Source: Pseudomonadota bacterium (lineage in GTDB: Bacteria > Myxococcota > JACRCW01 > JAFGSX01). From it: a stretch of DNA of 59,550 nt. A program made the translations under genes and the position numbers. Below the pieces are notes generated by a model, which saw only the letters and a list, made by a program, of their open reading frames with translations, ran no database searches and was not told where the DNA came from. Shown piece by piece: positions 18,773 to 28,830 of this stretch. Location of the stretch: positions 1 to 59,550 of the forward strand of contig JBDRCO010000026.1 of NCBI GenBank assembly GCA_043821645.1. The letters are read 5' to 3'. Each line of letters begins with the position of its first letter. The stretch's first letter is position 1.

Positions 18773-21045
18773 GACCCGAATTCCTTGGCCAGGGTCACGT
18801 ACCTGGCCACCACGCGCTTGATACTGGCCCCGAACTGGATGACCAGCCGCCCCTGGGGACCCTGGCCTTCGAGGGCCTGCACCACACCCTCCCCAAAGGT
18901 GGCGTGGTGCACCCGCGAACCGACCCGAGGTCCCTCCACCACGAGGTCCCGCACGATCTCATCGTCGATGAATTCAGCACCGAAGTCCATATCGATGTCG
19001 ACGTCACGTCGGGTCGCAGGGGGCCCTGTCGGCCGCTGCCCGCGCGGCGACGACGGGCGCCGGGGCGGAGCGTCGCGATACCCCGACTCGCCCCGCACGA
19101 CCAGCTGGGCCGGGATGTCATCGAGAAACCGCGAACGCTTGCCTGGCCGCGTCTCGCCGAAGGTCTGGCGACGGCGTGCCCAGGTCAGGGTCAGATGCTG
19201 GCGTGCCCGGGTGATGCCGACGTAGCACAGCCGGCGTTCCTCACCGAGGCGGTCGGGATCGTCGAGCCCGCCGTCTCGCCCTTGCGGAAACAACCCCTCT
19301 TCCAGTCCACACAGGATCACGGCGTCAAATTCGAGGCCCTTGGCTGCGTGCAGGGTCATCAAGGTCACGGCCTCGCCGTCCGCCTGTACCTGCGAGGATT
19401 CCACATCGGTGGCCAGGGCCGCCTCTTCCAGGAAGGCGACAAGATTCGCGGCCTGACCCTGGGCCATGGCCTCGAGCGAAAAGTCGTGGGCTGCGCTGAC
19501 CAGGGCACCGATGTTGTCCAGACGCTCGGCGGCTTCCATGCCGCGTGCCCCACCCTGTGCCGCCTCCTGCTGAAAAGCCTCGACCAGGCCGCACTGCATG
19601 GCCACGACGCGCACGGCTTGCTCCGCGCCCAGGTCCACCACCTGGTGCCCCAGCGACGCGATGAGCTCGGCCAGGGCGCGCAGGCGGCTGGCGGCAGCGC
19701 TCTTGACCTGCAACGCGGCCAGGGCCTCGGTATCGCCCATGACCTCGTGGAGGGGTTTGCCCTGTCGCGCCCCGGCCTGCACCAGGCGCTGGCGCGTGGT
19801 GTCTCCCAGGCCGCGCGCGGGGACGTTGAGCACGCGCAGCAGATCCACGTCGGAGCGGGGATTGACCGCCAGCCGCAGGTACGCCACCAGGTCCTTGACC
19901 TCGCGCCTATCGTAGAAGTGCACACCTCCCACCACGCGATAGGGCACGCGGCGGCGGCGCATCACGTCCTCGATCACTCTCGACTGGGCGTTGGTGCGGT
20001 ACAGCACCGCGACCTGATCCGCGCGCAGGCCCCCTCGCAGATGCTGGGCCACGCAGTCCACGATGCGATGCGCCTCGTTCCGATCGTCGTCACAGCCCAG
20101 GATGCGCAGCGGCGAGCCGCCCGGGCCGGCGGTGAACAGCTTCTTCTCCAGGCGCCCCGGGTTGTGCGCGATCACCGCGTTGGCCGCCTCGAGAATGGTG
20201 GCGGTGGAGCGGTAGTTCTGCTCCAGGCGCACGGTGTGCGCGCCAGGAAAGCCGTGCAGGAAGTCGAGCAGGTTATCTGCGCTGGCGCCGCGCCAGGCGT
20301 AGATGGACTGGTCGTCATCGCCCACCACGGTCACGCTCTGGGCCGGGCGTCCCAGGGCGTACACCAGGCGGGCCTGCACCGCATTGGTGTCCTGGTACTC
20401 GTCGACCAGAAGGTGGCGATAACGCGCCTGCAGTGCCCGCGCCTCGGGGCCATCGGCCTCGAGCAGGCGCACCACGTCGAGCAGCAGTCCGGCAAAGTCC
20501 GTGGCGTCGGCCTGGCGCAGCGCAGCCTGGTAGGCGTCGATCAGCTCGCGGGCGCGGCGACCCGGCACGTCGAAGTCGCTGACCTCCATGCTGCGTGCAT
20601 CCTGCCCTGCATTGCGCGCACGTTCGATCTCCCGGGCGACCAGCCGCGCGTCCTGGCGCGAGGTGCTGCGGCCGTCGAGCAGCTGCTGCACCAGGCGCGC
20701 GCTCTCTTCGTCGTCATAGATGGTGAAGTGTGGGCTCAGGCCGACGCTCTCGCCGTGTTCTCGCAGGATGCGGGCACAGGCACTGTGAAAGGTCGCCACC
20801 GTGAGCGCGCGGCCGCGGCCGGGAAGCAACCGCTCCACGCGCTCGCGCATCTCGCGGGCTGCCTTGTTGGTGAAGGTGACGGCGAGCACGCTCGACGCCT
20901 GGGCAGAGCGGCGCTGCACCAGATCGACGATGCGGTGGGTGATGACACGAGTCTTGCCGCTCCCGGCGCCGGCGAGGATGCACAGGGCGTGTCCGTCGTA
21001 TTGGACCGCCTCGTCCTGTTGCGGGTTGAGCGGGGGCAGAGACAT
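18769..21045 (-). CDS. uvrD: ATP-dependent DNA helicase, UvrD/PcrA family
   Basis: LAGAGSGKT; TFTNKAA; LVDEYQD; LEQNYRS; LMTLHAAKGLEF; EERRLCYVGITRA. Confidence 0.95.
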   Translation of the reverse strand: MSLPPLNPQQDEAVQYDGHALCILAGAGSGKTRVITHRIVDLVQRRSAQASSVLAVTFTNKAAREMRERVERLLPGRGRALTVATFHSACARILREHGESVGLSPHFTIYDDEESARLVQQLLDGRSTSRQDARLVAREIERARNAGQDARSMEVSDFDVPGRRARELIDAYQAALRQADATDFAGLLLDVVRLLEADGPEARALQARYRHLLVDEYQDTNAVQARLVYALGRPAQSVTVVGDDDQSIYAWRGASADNLLDFLHGFPGAHTVRLEQNYRSTATILEAANAVIAHNPGRLEKKLFTAGPGGSPLRILGCDDDRNEAHRIVDCVAQHLRGGLRADQVAVLYRTNAQSRVIEDVMRRRRVPYRVVGGVHFYDRREVKDLVAYLRLAVNPRSDVDLLRVLNVPARGLGDTTRQRLVQAGARQGKPLHEVMGDTEALAALQVKSAAASRLRALAELIASLGHQVVDLGAEQAVRVVAMQCGLVEAFQQEAAQGGARGMEAAERLDNIGALVSAAHDFSLEAMAQGQAANLVAFLEEAALATDVESSQVQADGEAVTLMTLHAAKGLEFDAVILCGLEEGLFPQGRDGGLDDPDRLGEERRLCYVGITRARQHLTLTWARRRQTFGETRPGKRSRFLDDIPAQLVVRGESGYRDAPPRRPSSPRGQRPTGPPATRRDVDIDMDFGAEFIDDEIVRDLVVEGPRVGSRVHHATFGEGVVQALEGQGPQGRLVIQFGASIKRVVARYVTLAKEFGS

Positions 21046-21170
21046 GCTTCGTCGTCACGCTCCGGTTAGGTCCCGCAGCTTTAACAGCCACCGCCCACCC
21101 CTGCAACGCGGGCGCAGATTGGCGCGTTTCAGTCGCATCGCGTATCCTGGATTCTCAGGTGGAGCCCATC

Positions 21171-21746
21171 ATGCAGCCTCTCGATTTCGTTCCGTACAAG
21201 GTACACATCATCACCAACGACGCCTACCTCACGGGGAGCCTGCTCCTCCCGCAGCGCACGGGTGCACCCGGCGCCAAGCTGCCGCGCTTTCTCGACGTCC
21301 TCAACGCCCCGGCCACCTTTCTCAAGAACCCTGGCGAGGTCGGCAGCACCACCACCGTCATCCTGGTCGCTGGCGTCCGCCACTCGTTTCATGGCGAGCC
21401 CCCGCGCGCTTTTCAGCGCATGTTCCTGCGCCTCGACTCCGTGCTCCTGGGTTCTGACGAGTCGCCACCGGGCCCCGTCGGCACCGGCATCGACGCCATG
21501 CAGACGGGCCCCCCGTCCGAGCTCGACATCATCCTCAAGGGTGGGCTGCACATCGTGGGAATGGTGCGGGGCGGCGCCAAGGCCGCCATGTACCCGCGCG
21601 CGGACCACCCCTTCTTGGCAGCCACCCGCGTGCGCTACACCACGCCGCTGACCCCGGGCGAGACCCTCGAGTTGCCCTTCGCCGCCATCAACAACAAGGC
21701 CATCGAGTCCGTGGTGGTTCTCGGCGACGAGGCGCCGGTCAGCTGA
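21171..21746 (+). CDS. Hypothetical protein with two similar small beta-domains
   Basis: GGAG RBS; GC3-rich codon usage; both halves show I..G.(L/V) and FL..T patterns. Confidence 0.7.
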   Translation: MQPLDFVPYKVHIITNDAYLTGSLLLPQRTGAPGAKLPRFLDVLNAPATFLKNPGEVGSTTTVILVAGVRHSFHGEPPRAFQRMFLRLDSVLLGSDESPPGPVGTGIDAMQTGPPSELDIILKGGLHIVGMVRGGAKAAMYPRADHPFLAATRVRYTTPLTPGETLELPFAAINNKAIESVVVLGDEAPVS

Positions 21747-21751
21747 GCGCA

Positions 21752-22234
21752 TCAGTCCGGATCGCCACCCTGTCGCTCGCCGTCGACCACGCCCAGCCAT
21801 AGCCGGGCCGGGCCGTGGGCCGGCACCACCAGCACCTTCTCGATGTCCGCGGTGCGGCTCGGACCCGTGATCAGCGTCAGATGGCTCCCCAGCTCGCGGT
21901 GCAGCTGCTGCGGATCGCGGGCCGCGAGATAGGTGTGCAGATCGCCGTGCACCCGTGACGCGTCGACCAGCACGATCAGGTTTCGTACGCACAGCGATGC
22001 GCGCCTGGTGTCGCCCGGGCCACCGTGCAGCACGATGCTACCGGTCTCCGCGATGACGGCGGCAGCGCGAAGCACCCGCACCGCCTCGAAGCCTTCGCCG
22101 TCGACGTCCTCCGCCCAGCGCTGGCGCAGCGCGCTGGCCCAGGCCTGCGCTGCCGCCGCGCCGGGCAGGATCGCGAGCTGCGTGTCGCTGCGCTGGCACT
22201 CCCGCAGCAGACGCTCGAGGTGAGGCACGCTCAC
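21752..22234 (-). CDS. lutC: Lactate utilization protein C (LUD domain)
   Basis: IAETGSIV; LITGPSRTADIE..AHGP; last gene of the lut operon. Confidence 0.88.
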   Translation of the reverse strand: MSVPHLERLLRECQRSDTQLAILPGAAAAQAWASALRQRWAEDVDGEGFEAVRVLRAAAVIAETGSIVLHGGPGDTRRASLCVRNLIVLVDASRVHGDLHTYLAARDPQQLHRELGSHLTLITGPSRTADIEKVLVVPAHGPARLWLGVVDGERQGGDPD

Positions 22235-23610
22235 TTGTGCCTTCCGCGCAGGCGCGAACGAAGGCCGGCACCGCGGGGTCGAGGCAGCGCTCGCAGGTCA
22301 CTGAAGCGGCCACCCCAGGGCCCGCTCCACGACGAGGGCCAGTGTGCGAGCAGGGGCCGGCCCAGCGTGGCCAGGGTCTCGAACAGCCGCGGGCGGGTGG
22401 CCAGGGTAGCAAAGGCCGCGTGGCCGAGGCTCTCGACGCTGGGACCCGCGGCCTGCTGGCAGCGCCGTCGGATCTCGAGGATGCCGCGCGTCAGCGGGAC
22501 CTGCACCGGGCAGATCTCGTCGCAGGCTCCGCACAGCGCGCAGGCGAAAGCATGCGCACTGTCGCTGTCGCCGAGCAGGGCGCGGGACAGCATCACGCCG
22601 ATGGGGCCGGGGTAGACCGAACCAAAGCCGTGCCCACCTAGGCGCTGGAACACCGGACACACGTTGAGGCAGGCGCCACAACGAATGCAGCGCAGGGTCG
22701 ATCGAAGCTGGGGATCGGAGAGCAGCCGCATCCGTCCGTTGTCGACGAGGATCCAGTGCACCTCGCGAGGACCATCGGTCTCGCCGGTCTGGCGTGGTCC
22801 GCCGAGCAGCGACACCGCGGCGGGCATCTTCTGCCCCGTGGCGGAGACCGGCAGCAGTTCGAGCAGCACCGCCAGATCGTGCAGACGGGGTACCAGCTTC
22901 TCGATGCCCGTGATGGCGATGTGCAGGGGCGGCAGCGAGGTGGCCAGGCGGATGTTGCTCTCGTTCTCGACCAGCACCAGGCTGCCCGAATCCACCACCA
23001 CGAAGTTTCCGCCGGTGATACCGGCCTCGGCGGTGAGGAACTTCTGGCGCAGGAAGCGGCGCGCGTGCCCGGTGAGCTCGACCGGGTCCTCGGTGTAGGC
23101 GATGCCCAGGTGCTCGACAAACAGGCGGCCCACCTGGCGCCGGTTGAGGTGCAGGGCGGGTGCCGTGATGTGCGAGGGCGCCTGCCCGGCCAGCTGCACG
23201 ATGAGCTCACCGAGATCGGCCTCCAGGACCTCGATGCCCTGCGCCTCGAGCGCCGGGTTGAGAGCGATCTCCTCGCTGACCATGCTCTTGCCCTTGACCA
23301 CGTGGCGTACACCGCGCGCGGTCAGGATGCCGAGACAGAGAGAGCGCGCCTGTGCAGCATCGCGAGCCAGGTGCACCGTCACCCCTCGCTCCTGCATGCG
23401 CGCGATCAATGCGTCCTGCAGGGCTGGCAGGGTGTTCAGGGCCTCGTCCCGGATGGCGGCAGCGCGTTCACGCAGCAGGGGCCAGCGGGGGTTGGCCGCC
23501 ACCAGGTCCGCGCGCCGCTGCAGGCTGTGCTGCAGGGCATGGTGCAGGTTCTGCTGCAGCTCGGGGTCGCGCAGCATGGCGACGGACCGATCGCGGATCC
23601 CGGGCTTCAC
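22231..23610 (-). CDS. lutB: Lactate utilization Fe-S protein B
   Basis: GTG start overlapping the lutA stop; VKGKSMVSEEI; PSHITAPALH; CIRCGACLNVCP; CALCGACDEICP. Confidence 0.93.
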   Translation of the reverse strand: MKPGIRDRSVAMLRDPELQQNLHHALQHSLQRRADLVAANPRWPLLRERAAAIRDEALNTLPALQDALIARMQERGVTVHLARDAAQARSLCLGILTARGVRHVVKGKSMVSEEIALNPALEAQGIEVLEADLGELIVQLAGQAPSHITAPALHLNRRQVGRLFVEHLGIAYTEDPVELTGHARRFLRQKFLTAEAGITGGNFVVVDSGSLVLVENESNIRLATSLPPLHIAITGIEKLVPRLHDLAVLLELLPVSATGQKMPAAVSLLGGPRQTGETDGPREVHWILVDNGRMRLLSDPQLRSTLRCIRCGACLNVCPVFQRLGGHGFGSVYPGPIGVMLSRALLGDSDSAHAFACALCGACDEICPVQVPLTRGILEIRRRCQQAAGPSVESLGHAAFATLATRPRLFETLATLGRPLLAHWPSSWSGPWGGRFSDLRALPRPRGAGLRSRLRGRHK

Positions 23611-24335
23611 GCTGCCACCTCGGGGACCAGCACATCGAGCACGTGCAGACCGACGAAGGGCACCCCGCGACGACGCGCTCGCGACTCCAGGTGCAACAGG
23701 CAGGACAGGTCGGCCGAGACCAGGGTGTCGGTGCCACAGCGCGCCAGCAACGCCAGCTTGTGGTCGGCCATGTCGACGGAGATCTCGGGATACTTGATCG
23801 AGAAGGTGCCGCCAAAGCCGCAGCACACAGGGACCCCGGCCAGCTCGCACAGCTCGAGACCACGCACCTTGCGCAGCAACAGCCGAGGCTCGTCGCGCAG
23901 CCCGAGTTCGCGCAGGCCATGGCAGCCGTCGTGGTAGGCGACCCGGCCCGCCCGCGTGACCTCGAGATCCTCGACGCCCAGGTCCTGCACCAAGAAACGG
24001 CAGACCTCTGTGGTACGCCGGGCGATCTGCTCCACCTCGTTGCGCAAGGCTGGGTCCAGCTCCGGGATCTCCGGGTAGCGCTGCACCATGGCGGCACAGC
24101 TTGCCGAGGGCACCACCACCTGCTCGACCCCGGCAAACGCGCGGACCAGCTTTTCGGCGCAGCAGGCCGCCTCGCTCCACAGGCCCGCGTTGTAGGACGG
24201 TTGCCCACAACAGACCGGGGCCTCCTCGGGCAACACCAGGTCCACGCCCAGGCGCTGCAGCAACACGATGAGGCGCTCGGCCGTGGCGGGCCGCAGCTGG
24301 GATACGAAGCAGGGGATGAAGACGCCGACGCGCAT
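23607..24335 (-). CDS. lutA: Lactate utilization protein A (CCG domains)
   Basis: FIPCFV; CCGQP; YHDGCH; CCGFGGTFS; DLSCLLH. Confidence 0.93.
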   Translation of the reverse strand: MRVGVFIPCFVSQLRPATAERLIVLLQRLGVDLVLPEEAPVCCGQPSYNAGLWSEAACCAEKLVRAFAGVEQVVVPSASCAAMVQRYPEIPELDPALRNEVEQIARRTTEVCRFLVQDLGVEDLEVTRAGRVAYHDGCHGLRELGLRDEPRLLLRKVRGLELCELAGVPVCCGFGGTFSIKYPEISVDMADHKLALLARCGTDTLVSADLSCLLHLESRARRRGVPFVGLHVLDVLVPEVAA

Positions 24336-24457
24336 GGCCGGTCACCGACTCCCTGGAGCCGTTCGATCTGCCTGGACGCGAACCGCGGGCGCCACGGTCG
24401 ACGTCGGGAACCGGGGCCCGCACCCTGGCCGTGTCAGGTCGAACGGCACATCGTCGT

Positions 24458-25639
24458 TCACAACTTCTCCAGCCGCTCGCGAATCTCCAGCCCGCGTGCT
24501 CGCGTCGCTGCCAGCAGGGGCTCGGCCGGCACCTCGGTCTCCAGCCTGCGCGCCCCCGGCGCCACACCGCCCGAGGCCTGCAGGTGGGTCACCGCGGCGG
24601 CCGGGAAGGAGGTGCAGCGCTCCATGGCCGACAGCCCCGTGGCCTCGTCGTGACGGTCCACCATCTCGAACACCACCCGCGCGCGGCTGCCGTCGGCGAG
24701 AACCCCCTCGCAGGTGACGCGCACCAGGATCAGGTCGCGACTGTCCGCGAAGCTCAAGCGCGGTCCCATCACTGCCTCGAGCAGACGGCGCGGCACCACC
24801 TGCTGCGCCTCGACCTCGACGGGTTGCAGCGAGAACAGGCCCAGCGCGTCGAGCAAGCGCAGCTTTTGACAGTGACCCCGGTAGCGCATGGTCTTGTAGT
24901 CGTAATCGCGCACGGTGCCAGCGAAGGACTCGGGGGCGGTCGAGGCGCCACCCGTCGTCACGAAGGCCTCCAGCGGCGGCAGTCCGTCGAAGTGGATGTC
25001 CTCGAGTTCGGCGAGCGCGGGCACCGTGACCAGCGCGCCGTCGCGCAGCACAAAGGCCTGGCCCGTGTACTCGTTGGTGAGGCCCGTGATCGAGAAGCTC
25101 AGGGCGTAGTCCAGGGGGCCCCGCGGCTGCTGCGGTAACCCACCACAGCGCAGCGCCACACGTTCGCAGCGCGCCAGTCGACCCATACCGGCCGCCGCCA
25201 GGGTGTTGACCAGACCCGGCGCCAGGCCGCAATCGGGGACGATGCTGACCCCGGCGGCGCGCGCCCTGGCGTCGAGAGCCAGCTCGCGCTGGACCACCTC
25301 GGTGTTGCCACCCAGGTCGTTGAAGTGCGCCTTCTGGGCGATGGCCACGGCGGCGAGGTCGGCATTGAGCCAGTAGGCCGAGCAGGACATCACGGCGTCG
25401 CTTCCGGCGATGGCCCGGGCCGTGGCGTCGAGGTCCGCGGCATCCAGCGGCGCTGCTGTGATCTCGGGGGGCTGCGCCAGGGTCGCAAGCAGGGGCCGGA
25501 GCTCGTCGGCCACGGCGCGGGCGCGGCCGCCGTCGATGTCGAACAGGCGAATGGCGCGAGCCTGGCCATGGCGCGCGAGGTCATAGGCCGCAGCCTTGCC
25601 GGTACGACCCGCTCCGATGATGGCGTACATGTGGGACAT
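24458..25639 (-). CDS. Saccharopine dehydrogenase / lysine 6-dehydrogenase family protein
   Basis: GAGRTG Rossmann motif; DLGGN; PDCGLAPG; CGGLP; YKTMRYRGH; AMERCTSFPA. Confidence 0.88.
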   Translation of the reverse strand: MSHMYAIIGAGRTGKAAAYDLARHGQARAIRLFDIDGGRARAVADELRPLLATLAQPPEITAAPLDAADLDATARAIAGSDAVMSCSAYWLNADLAAVAIAQKAHFNDLGGNTEVVQRELALDARARAAGVSIVPDCGLAPGLVNTLAAAGMGRLARCERVALRCGGLPQQPRGPLDYALSFSITGLTNEYTGQAFVLRDGALVTVPALAELEDIHFDGLPPLEAFVTTGGASTAPESFAGTVRDYDYKTMRYRGHCQKLRLLDALGLFSLQPVEVEAQQVVPRRLLEAVMGPRLSFADSRDLILVRVTCEGVLADGSRARVVFEMVDRHDEATGLSAMERCTSFPAAAVTHLQASGGVAPGARRLETEVPAEPLLAATRARGLEIRERLEKL

Positions 25640-25679
25640 GGACTTCTCGTCTGATGAAGGTGCACCGGCACGGGCCGGC

Positions 25680-26675
25680 TCAGGGTGCGTAGTACAGCTC
25701 GATGAACTCGACGAAGTAGTCCGAGTCGCGGTCTGACCACTCGGAGATGATGAGCCCGACGCCACTCTGCGGCAATGAAGTGACGCCGGGAGTTCCCGCG
25801 GTGTCCGCGGTCTCGAGCCAGCTGGACGAGTACCCTGCGCTCTCCGTCGAAACGCGCTGGTAGGACTTCTTCTTGACGCCGGTGATGGTGATGCCGTCGA
25901 TGATGGTGCCACTGGGCGAGATCAGCGCCCAGCGCTCGCCGCCATTGATGATGGGGACCCCGGCGTTCTCCAGTCCGTTGTTCAAGAACAGCACGCGGCT
26001 GCCCAGGGTCACGCCCCATTCCGTCTGAAAATGTGCCTTGTCCGAGAACCTCGCGACCACCAGCAGGCCGCCCGGCAACAGCCTGGTGTTCGGAGGAAAC
26101 TCGATGAGCTGGGTGACGGGAGAGTGCTCCCGGTTCTCGATCCGGTAGCCCCCCAGATCAATCCCCGGCGGTGGACCGGCATCGAACGTGACGTTGGTGT
26201 CGCGGCTGGTCAGGTCGGTGGCGATGGCATCCGGGCGCGGTCCCGCGTCGACCACCGTGAGCGGCACGCAGCGGCCATCCGGCAGGCAGTTGCAGCCGTT
26301 CTCGCAGCCAGGCTCGAGCGCACAGTCAAAAGACGTGCGGCAGCCGCTAGGCGAGGGATCGATGCAGGTGCGGGAGAAACCCTCACACACCCAGTCACCA
26401 GGACAGTCCTCGGGGGTGGTGCAATCCGCCGGCGGGTCGCCACACCAGCCATCGCGGCAGACCTTGCCCGCCGGACAGGTCGCCTTGGTCTCGCATTCGC
26501 GGTCCGAGCACACGCCGCCCAGGCAGGTCCAGCCTTCCGGGCATTGCTCGTTGACCGAGCAGAAGATGGTGGCACCGCCGTCGGGATCCTGCACCCCGAT
26601 ATCGGGGGGATCTTGCCCGGGCAGGCAGGCCGCGGCGGTCAGGGTCACCAGTGCGAAGATCAAACGACAGGTCAT
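25680..26675 (-). CDS. Cys-rich lipoprotein with C-terminal lamin-tail-like domain
   Basis: Lipobox AAAC; Cx5Cx5Cx4C repeats; IDLGGYRI..FP..L.PG..LVVA; GTPG; IISE..EFIELY. Confidence 0.75.
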   Translation of the reverse strand: MTCRLIFALVTLTAAACLPGQDPPDIGVQDPDGGATIFCSVNEQCPEGWTCLGGVCSDRECETKATCPAGKVCRDGWCGDPPADCTTPEDCPGDWVCEGFSRTCIDPSPSGCRTSFDCALEPGCENGCNCLPDGRCVPLTVVDAGPRPDAIATDLTSRDTNVTFDAGPPPGIDLGGYRIENREHSPVTQLIEFPPNTRLLPGGLLVVARFSDKAHFQTEWGVTLGSRVLFLNNGLENAGVPIINGGERWALISPSGTIIDGITITGVKKKSYQRVSTESAGYSSSWLETADTAGTPGVTSLPQSGVGLIISEWSDRDSDYFVEFIELYYAP

Positions 26676-26737
26676 GCGCACAACCTCGTCCCCCAGAGCG
26701 CACGGAGTCTAGCGCGAGGAGTGCAGGTTGGCGAGGG

Positions 26738-26950
26738 GGGCCGACCGCCCACCCGAGCGTGGTGCAGATATCTCAGGTGCTGCCAGGGGTGAATGCCGCT
26801 GAAAGCGACCTTGCCCAGGGGCTGTCGGGCAGCCCCTCTGACGGCCGGCGCAGGTCCGACCGTCATTCACCCGACCAGCACGACGGCAGGTGCTGCCGGG
26901 GTGAATGCCGTCGAATTCACTTCGACGGCAGGGGCGCGGGCCGACCGCCC
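26738..26950. repeat. Structured intergenic repeat element (REP/BIME- or MITE-like)
   Basis: 13-bp direct repeat GGGCCGACCGCCC at 26738 and 26938; unit CAGGTGCTGCC(A)GGGGTGAATGCCG at 26774-26798 and 26887-26910; inverted copy at 26861-26881; several hairpins. Confidence 0.6.
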
Positions 26951-26959
26951 CCAAGGAAA

Positions 26960-28549
26960 TCAGTAGCCTCTGCGCATCTTCACGGCCAGGCGCTTGAGGT
27001 CCTCGTTGACCTTGATGTAGGTGGCCTTGCCGTACTCGTCGTCGAGGATCTTCTCGACCTTGTCCGCGCCGTCCTTGGGCAGCAGCCGCAGCAGGGCCAC
27101 CGCGATGGCGAAGCGCGCCTCGAGGTCGGGGTCCTGCAGCGCGTCGAGCAGGGCCGGGGCCGTCTTGGGATCGGCCAGGTAGCTCAGCTCGAAGCCAGCC
27201 TTGTCGCGAATCCGCGCGGCCTGCGCGACCAGATCCTTGTTGGCACCCTCGGCGGCAAAGGTCTTGAGCTTGCCCACCCAGCAGTCGGCCTTGTCAGTGC
27301 ACTCCTTGGCTGCATCGAGGCGCGCCATGTCGACCTCGAGCATGCGCTTGACCCTCTCCTCCTTCTCACCGTCGAGCATCTGCTTGAACTTGTCGGTGTA
27401 GCTCTGGTCGCACAGCCGGCTGAGCCACTCGCTGGACAGCTGGCGCACTTCCCACTCGCTGTTCTTGCAGGCCTCGTCGTCGTAGCCGGCCTTCTTGCAG
27501 TCGGTCCAGTAGGGCTCGTGGCTGGCGGCCTTGAACAGGTCGGGGCACACGCCGCGGTCGCCCACCAGGCCCAGGGCCTCGGTGGGGAACTCGCGCATCG
27601 ACACGTCGATCTCGAACAGGCCGTTCTTCAGGATGGCCACGGCGCCCTTGTCGCCGATGAGACCCAGGGCACGCATGGCGTTGGCGCGGGCCAAGGGACC
27701 CATGCCCATGGGGCTCTGCTCGTCGTCAAAGGTGGCGATCTTGCGGATCACGGGCAGGCCGCGCGGGTCGCCAATGTCGCCCAGCACCACCGCGACCTTG
27801 GCCGGCGCCACTGCCGGGTCCAGCTTCAGACTGGCGACCTGCTCGTTCTTGCCCTCGTAGGCATCGAGCAAGGCCGGCACCGCGTCGCGACCGAACTGGA
27901 ACAGGGCGTAGCTCGACTCGCGATAGAAGCTGACTCCGCGCTCGAAGAACATCATCTTGATCAACAGCGGGATGGCCTTGGCATCGCCAATGTCGCCCAG
28001 CGACATGATGGCGTTCTTGATCATGAAGTTGTTCTCGTTGTTCTCGGTGATGTCCATGAGCGGCTCGACGGCCTGCGGCGCCTTGAGCACACCCAGGGCG
28101 CGCACCGCCGCGAGCTGCACGTACTGATCGCGGCTCTTGAGCATCTTGATCAGCGGCTCGGCAGCGGTCATGTCACCGATCTTGCCCAGGGCCTCGGCGA
28201 TCTTGGTGTTGGCGCTGTTCTTGGATTTGCTCTCCTTGTCACGACCCGCGCCCACGGCGTAGTCGATGCCCGCAACCAGGGCCGGCACCGCGCTCTTGTC
28301 CTTGAGCTCGCCGAGCAAGAAGGCCACGTCACCACGGTGATCGCCGTCGATCTTGAGCGCCGCGATGAGGTCGGGGACGCAGGCCGGGTCCTTGAGCTTC
28401 TTGAGCTCGCTCACCGCCTGCTCGCGCAGCTTGGGGTCCTTGATCAGCTTGCTGCCCCAGTACTTGGCGTCCTTGGGGCCGTTGTCGGTACAGGCCGTGC
28501 CACCCACCAGACAGCACGAAACGGCGAGAGCGATCAAAAATCGAGCCAT
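26960..28549 (-). CDS. HEAT-repeat lipoprotein
   Basis: GGAGG RBS; lipobox GTAC; repeated A..ALG.IGD..A...L motifs. Confidence 0.88.
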   Translation of the reverse strand: MARFLIALAVSCCLVGGTACTDNGPKDAKYWGSKLIKDPKLREQAVSELKKLKDPACVPDLIAALKIDGDHRGDVAFLLGELKDKSAVPALVAGIDYAVGAGRDKESKSKNSANTKIAEALGKIGDMTAAEPLIKMLKSRDQYVQLAAVRALGVLKAPQAVEPLMDITENNENNFMIKNAIMSLGDIGDAKAIPLLIKMMFFERGVSFYRESSYALFQFGRDAVPALLDAYEGKNEQVASLKLDPAVAPAKVAVVLGDIGDPRGLPVIRKIATFDDEQSPMGMGPLARANAMRALGLIGDKGAVAILKNGLFEIDVSMREFPTEALGLVGDRGVCPDLFKAASHEPYWTDCKKAGYDDEACKNSEWEVRQLSSEWLSRLCDQSYTDKFKQMLDGEKEERVKRMLEVDMARLDAAKECTDKADCWVGKLKTFAAEGANKDLVAQAARIRDKAGFELSYLADPKTAPALLDALQDPDLEARFAIAVALLRLLPKDGADKVEKILDDEYGKATYIKVNEDLKRLAVKMRRGY

Positions 28550-28830
28550 GTGGTCCTCCCGGGCGCGGCGTTGCTCATGCGACCGCGCCCCTCCTCTGCA
28601 TCGAACCGGGGCCTCCCCCAGCTGACACGCCCCCTCAGCGTGTCGACGACACAACGTGAATGTGCGGCATGTCAGCATCGGGCGCTGCGCCGGTCAACCG
28701 TTGATTGCGCTACGCGTCATCATCCGAGGGTGCAAGAGTTCCTGCCGCGCCGTGTTGACAAGGTGCGCGCGCGGGCTCGAAGATGCGGCCGCCTGGGCCG
28801 GATCACACCGGGTCCAGCGGGGAGCTGTGC

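Noticed and set aside
23611-24567. Apparent N-terminal extension of LutB
   Set aside because: It overlaps lutA in another frame and is Arg/Gly-rich noise. GTG 23610 overlaps the lutA stop.
26750-26800. Glycine riboswitch-like ATCTCAGG
   Set aside because: It is on the wrong strand relative to both flanking genes, and the GGAGA/CCGAAG core is missing.
26738-26950. CRISPR array
   Set aside because: Only two direct copies about 113 bp apart plus an inverted copy, and no cas genes.
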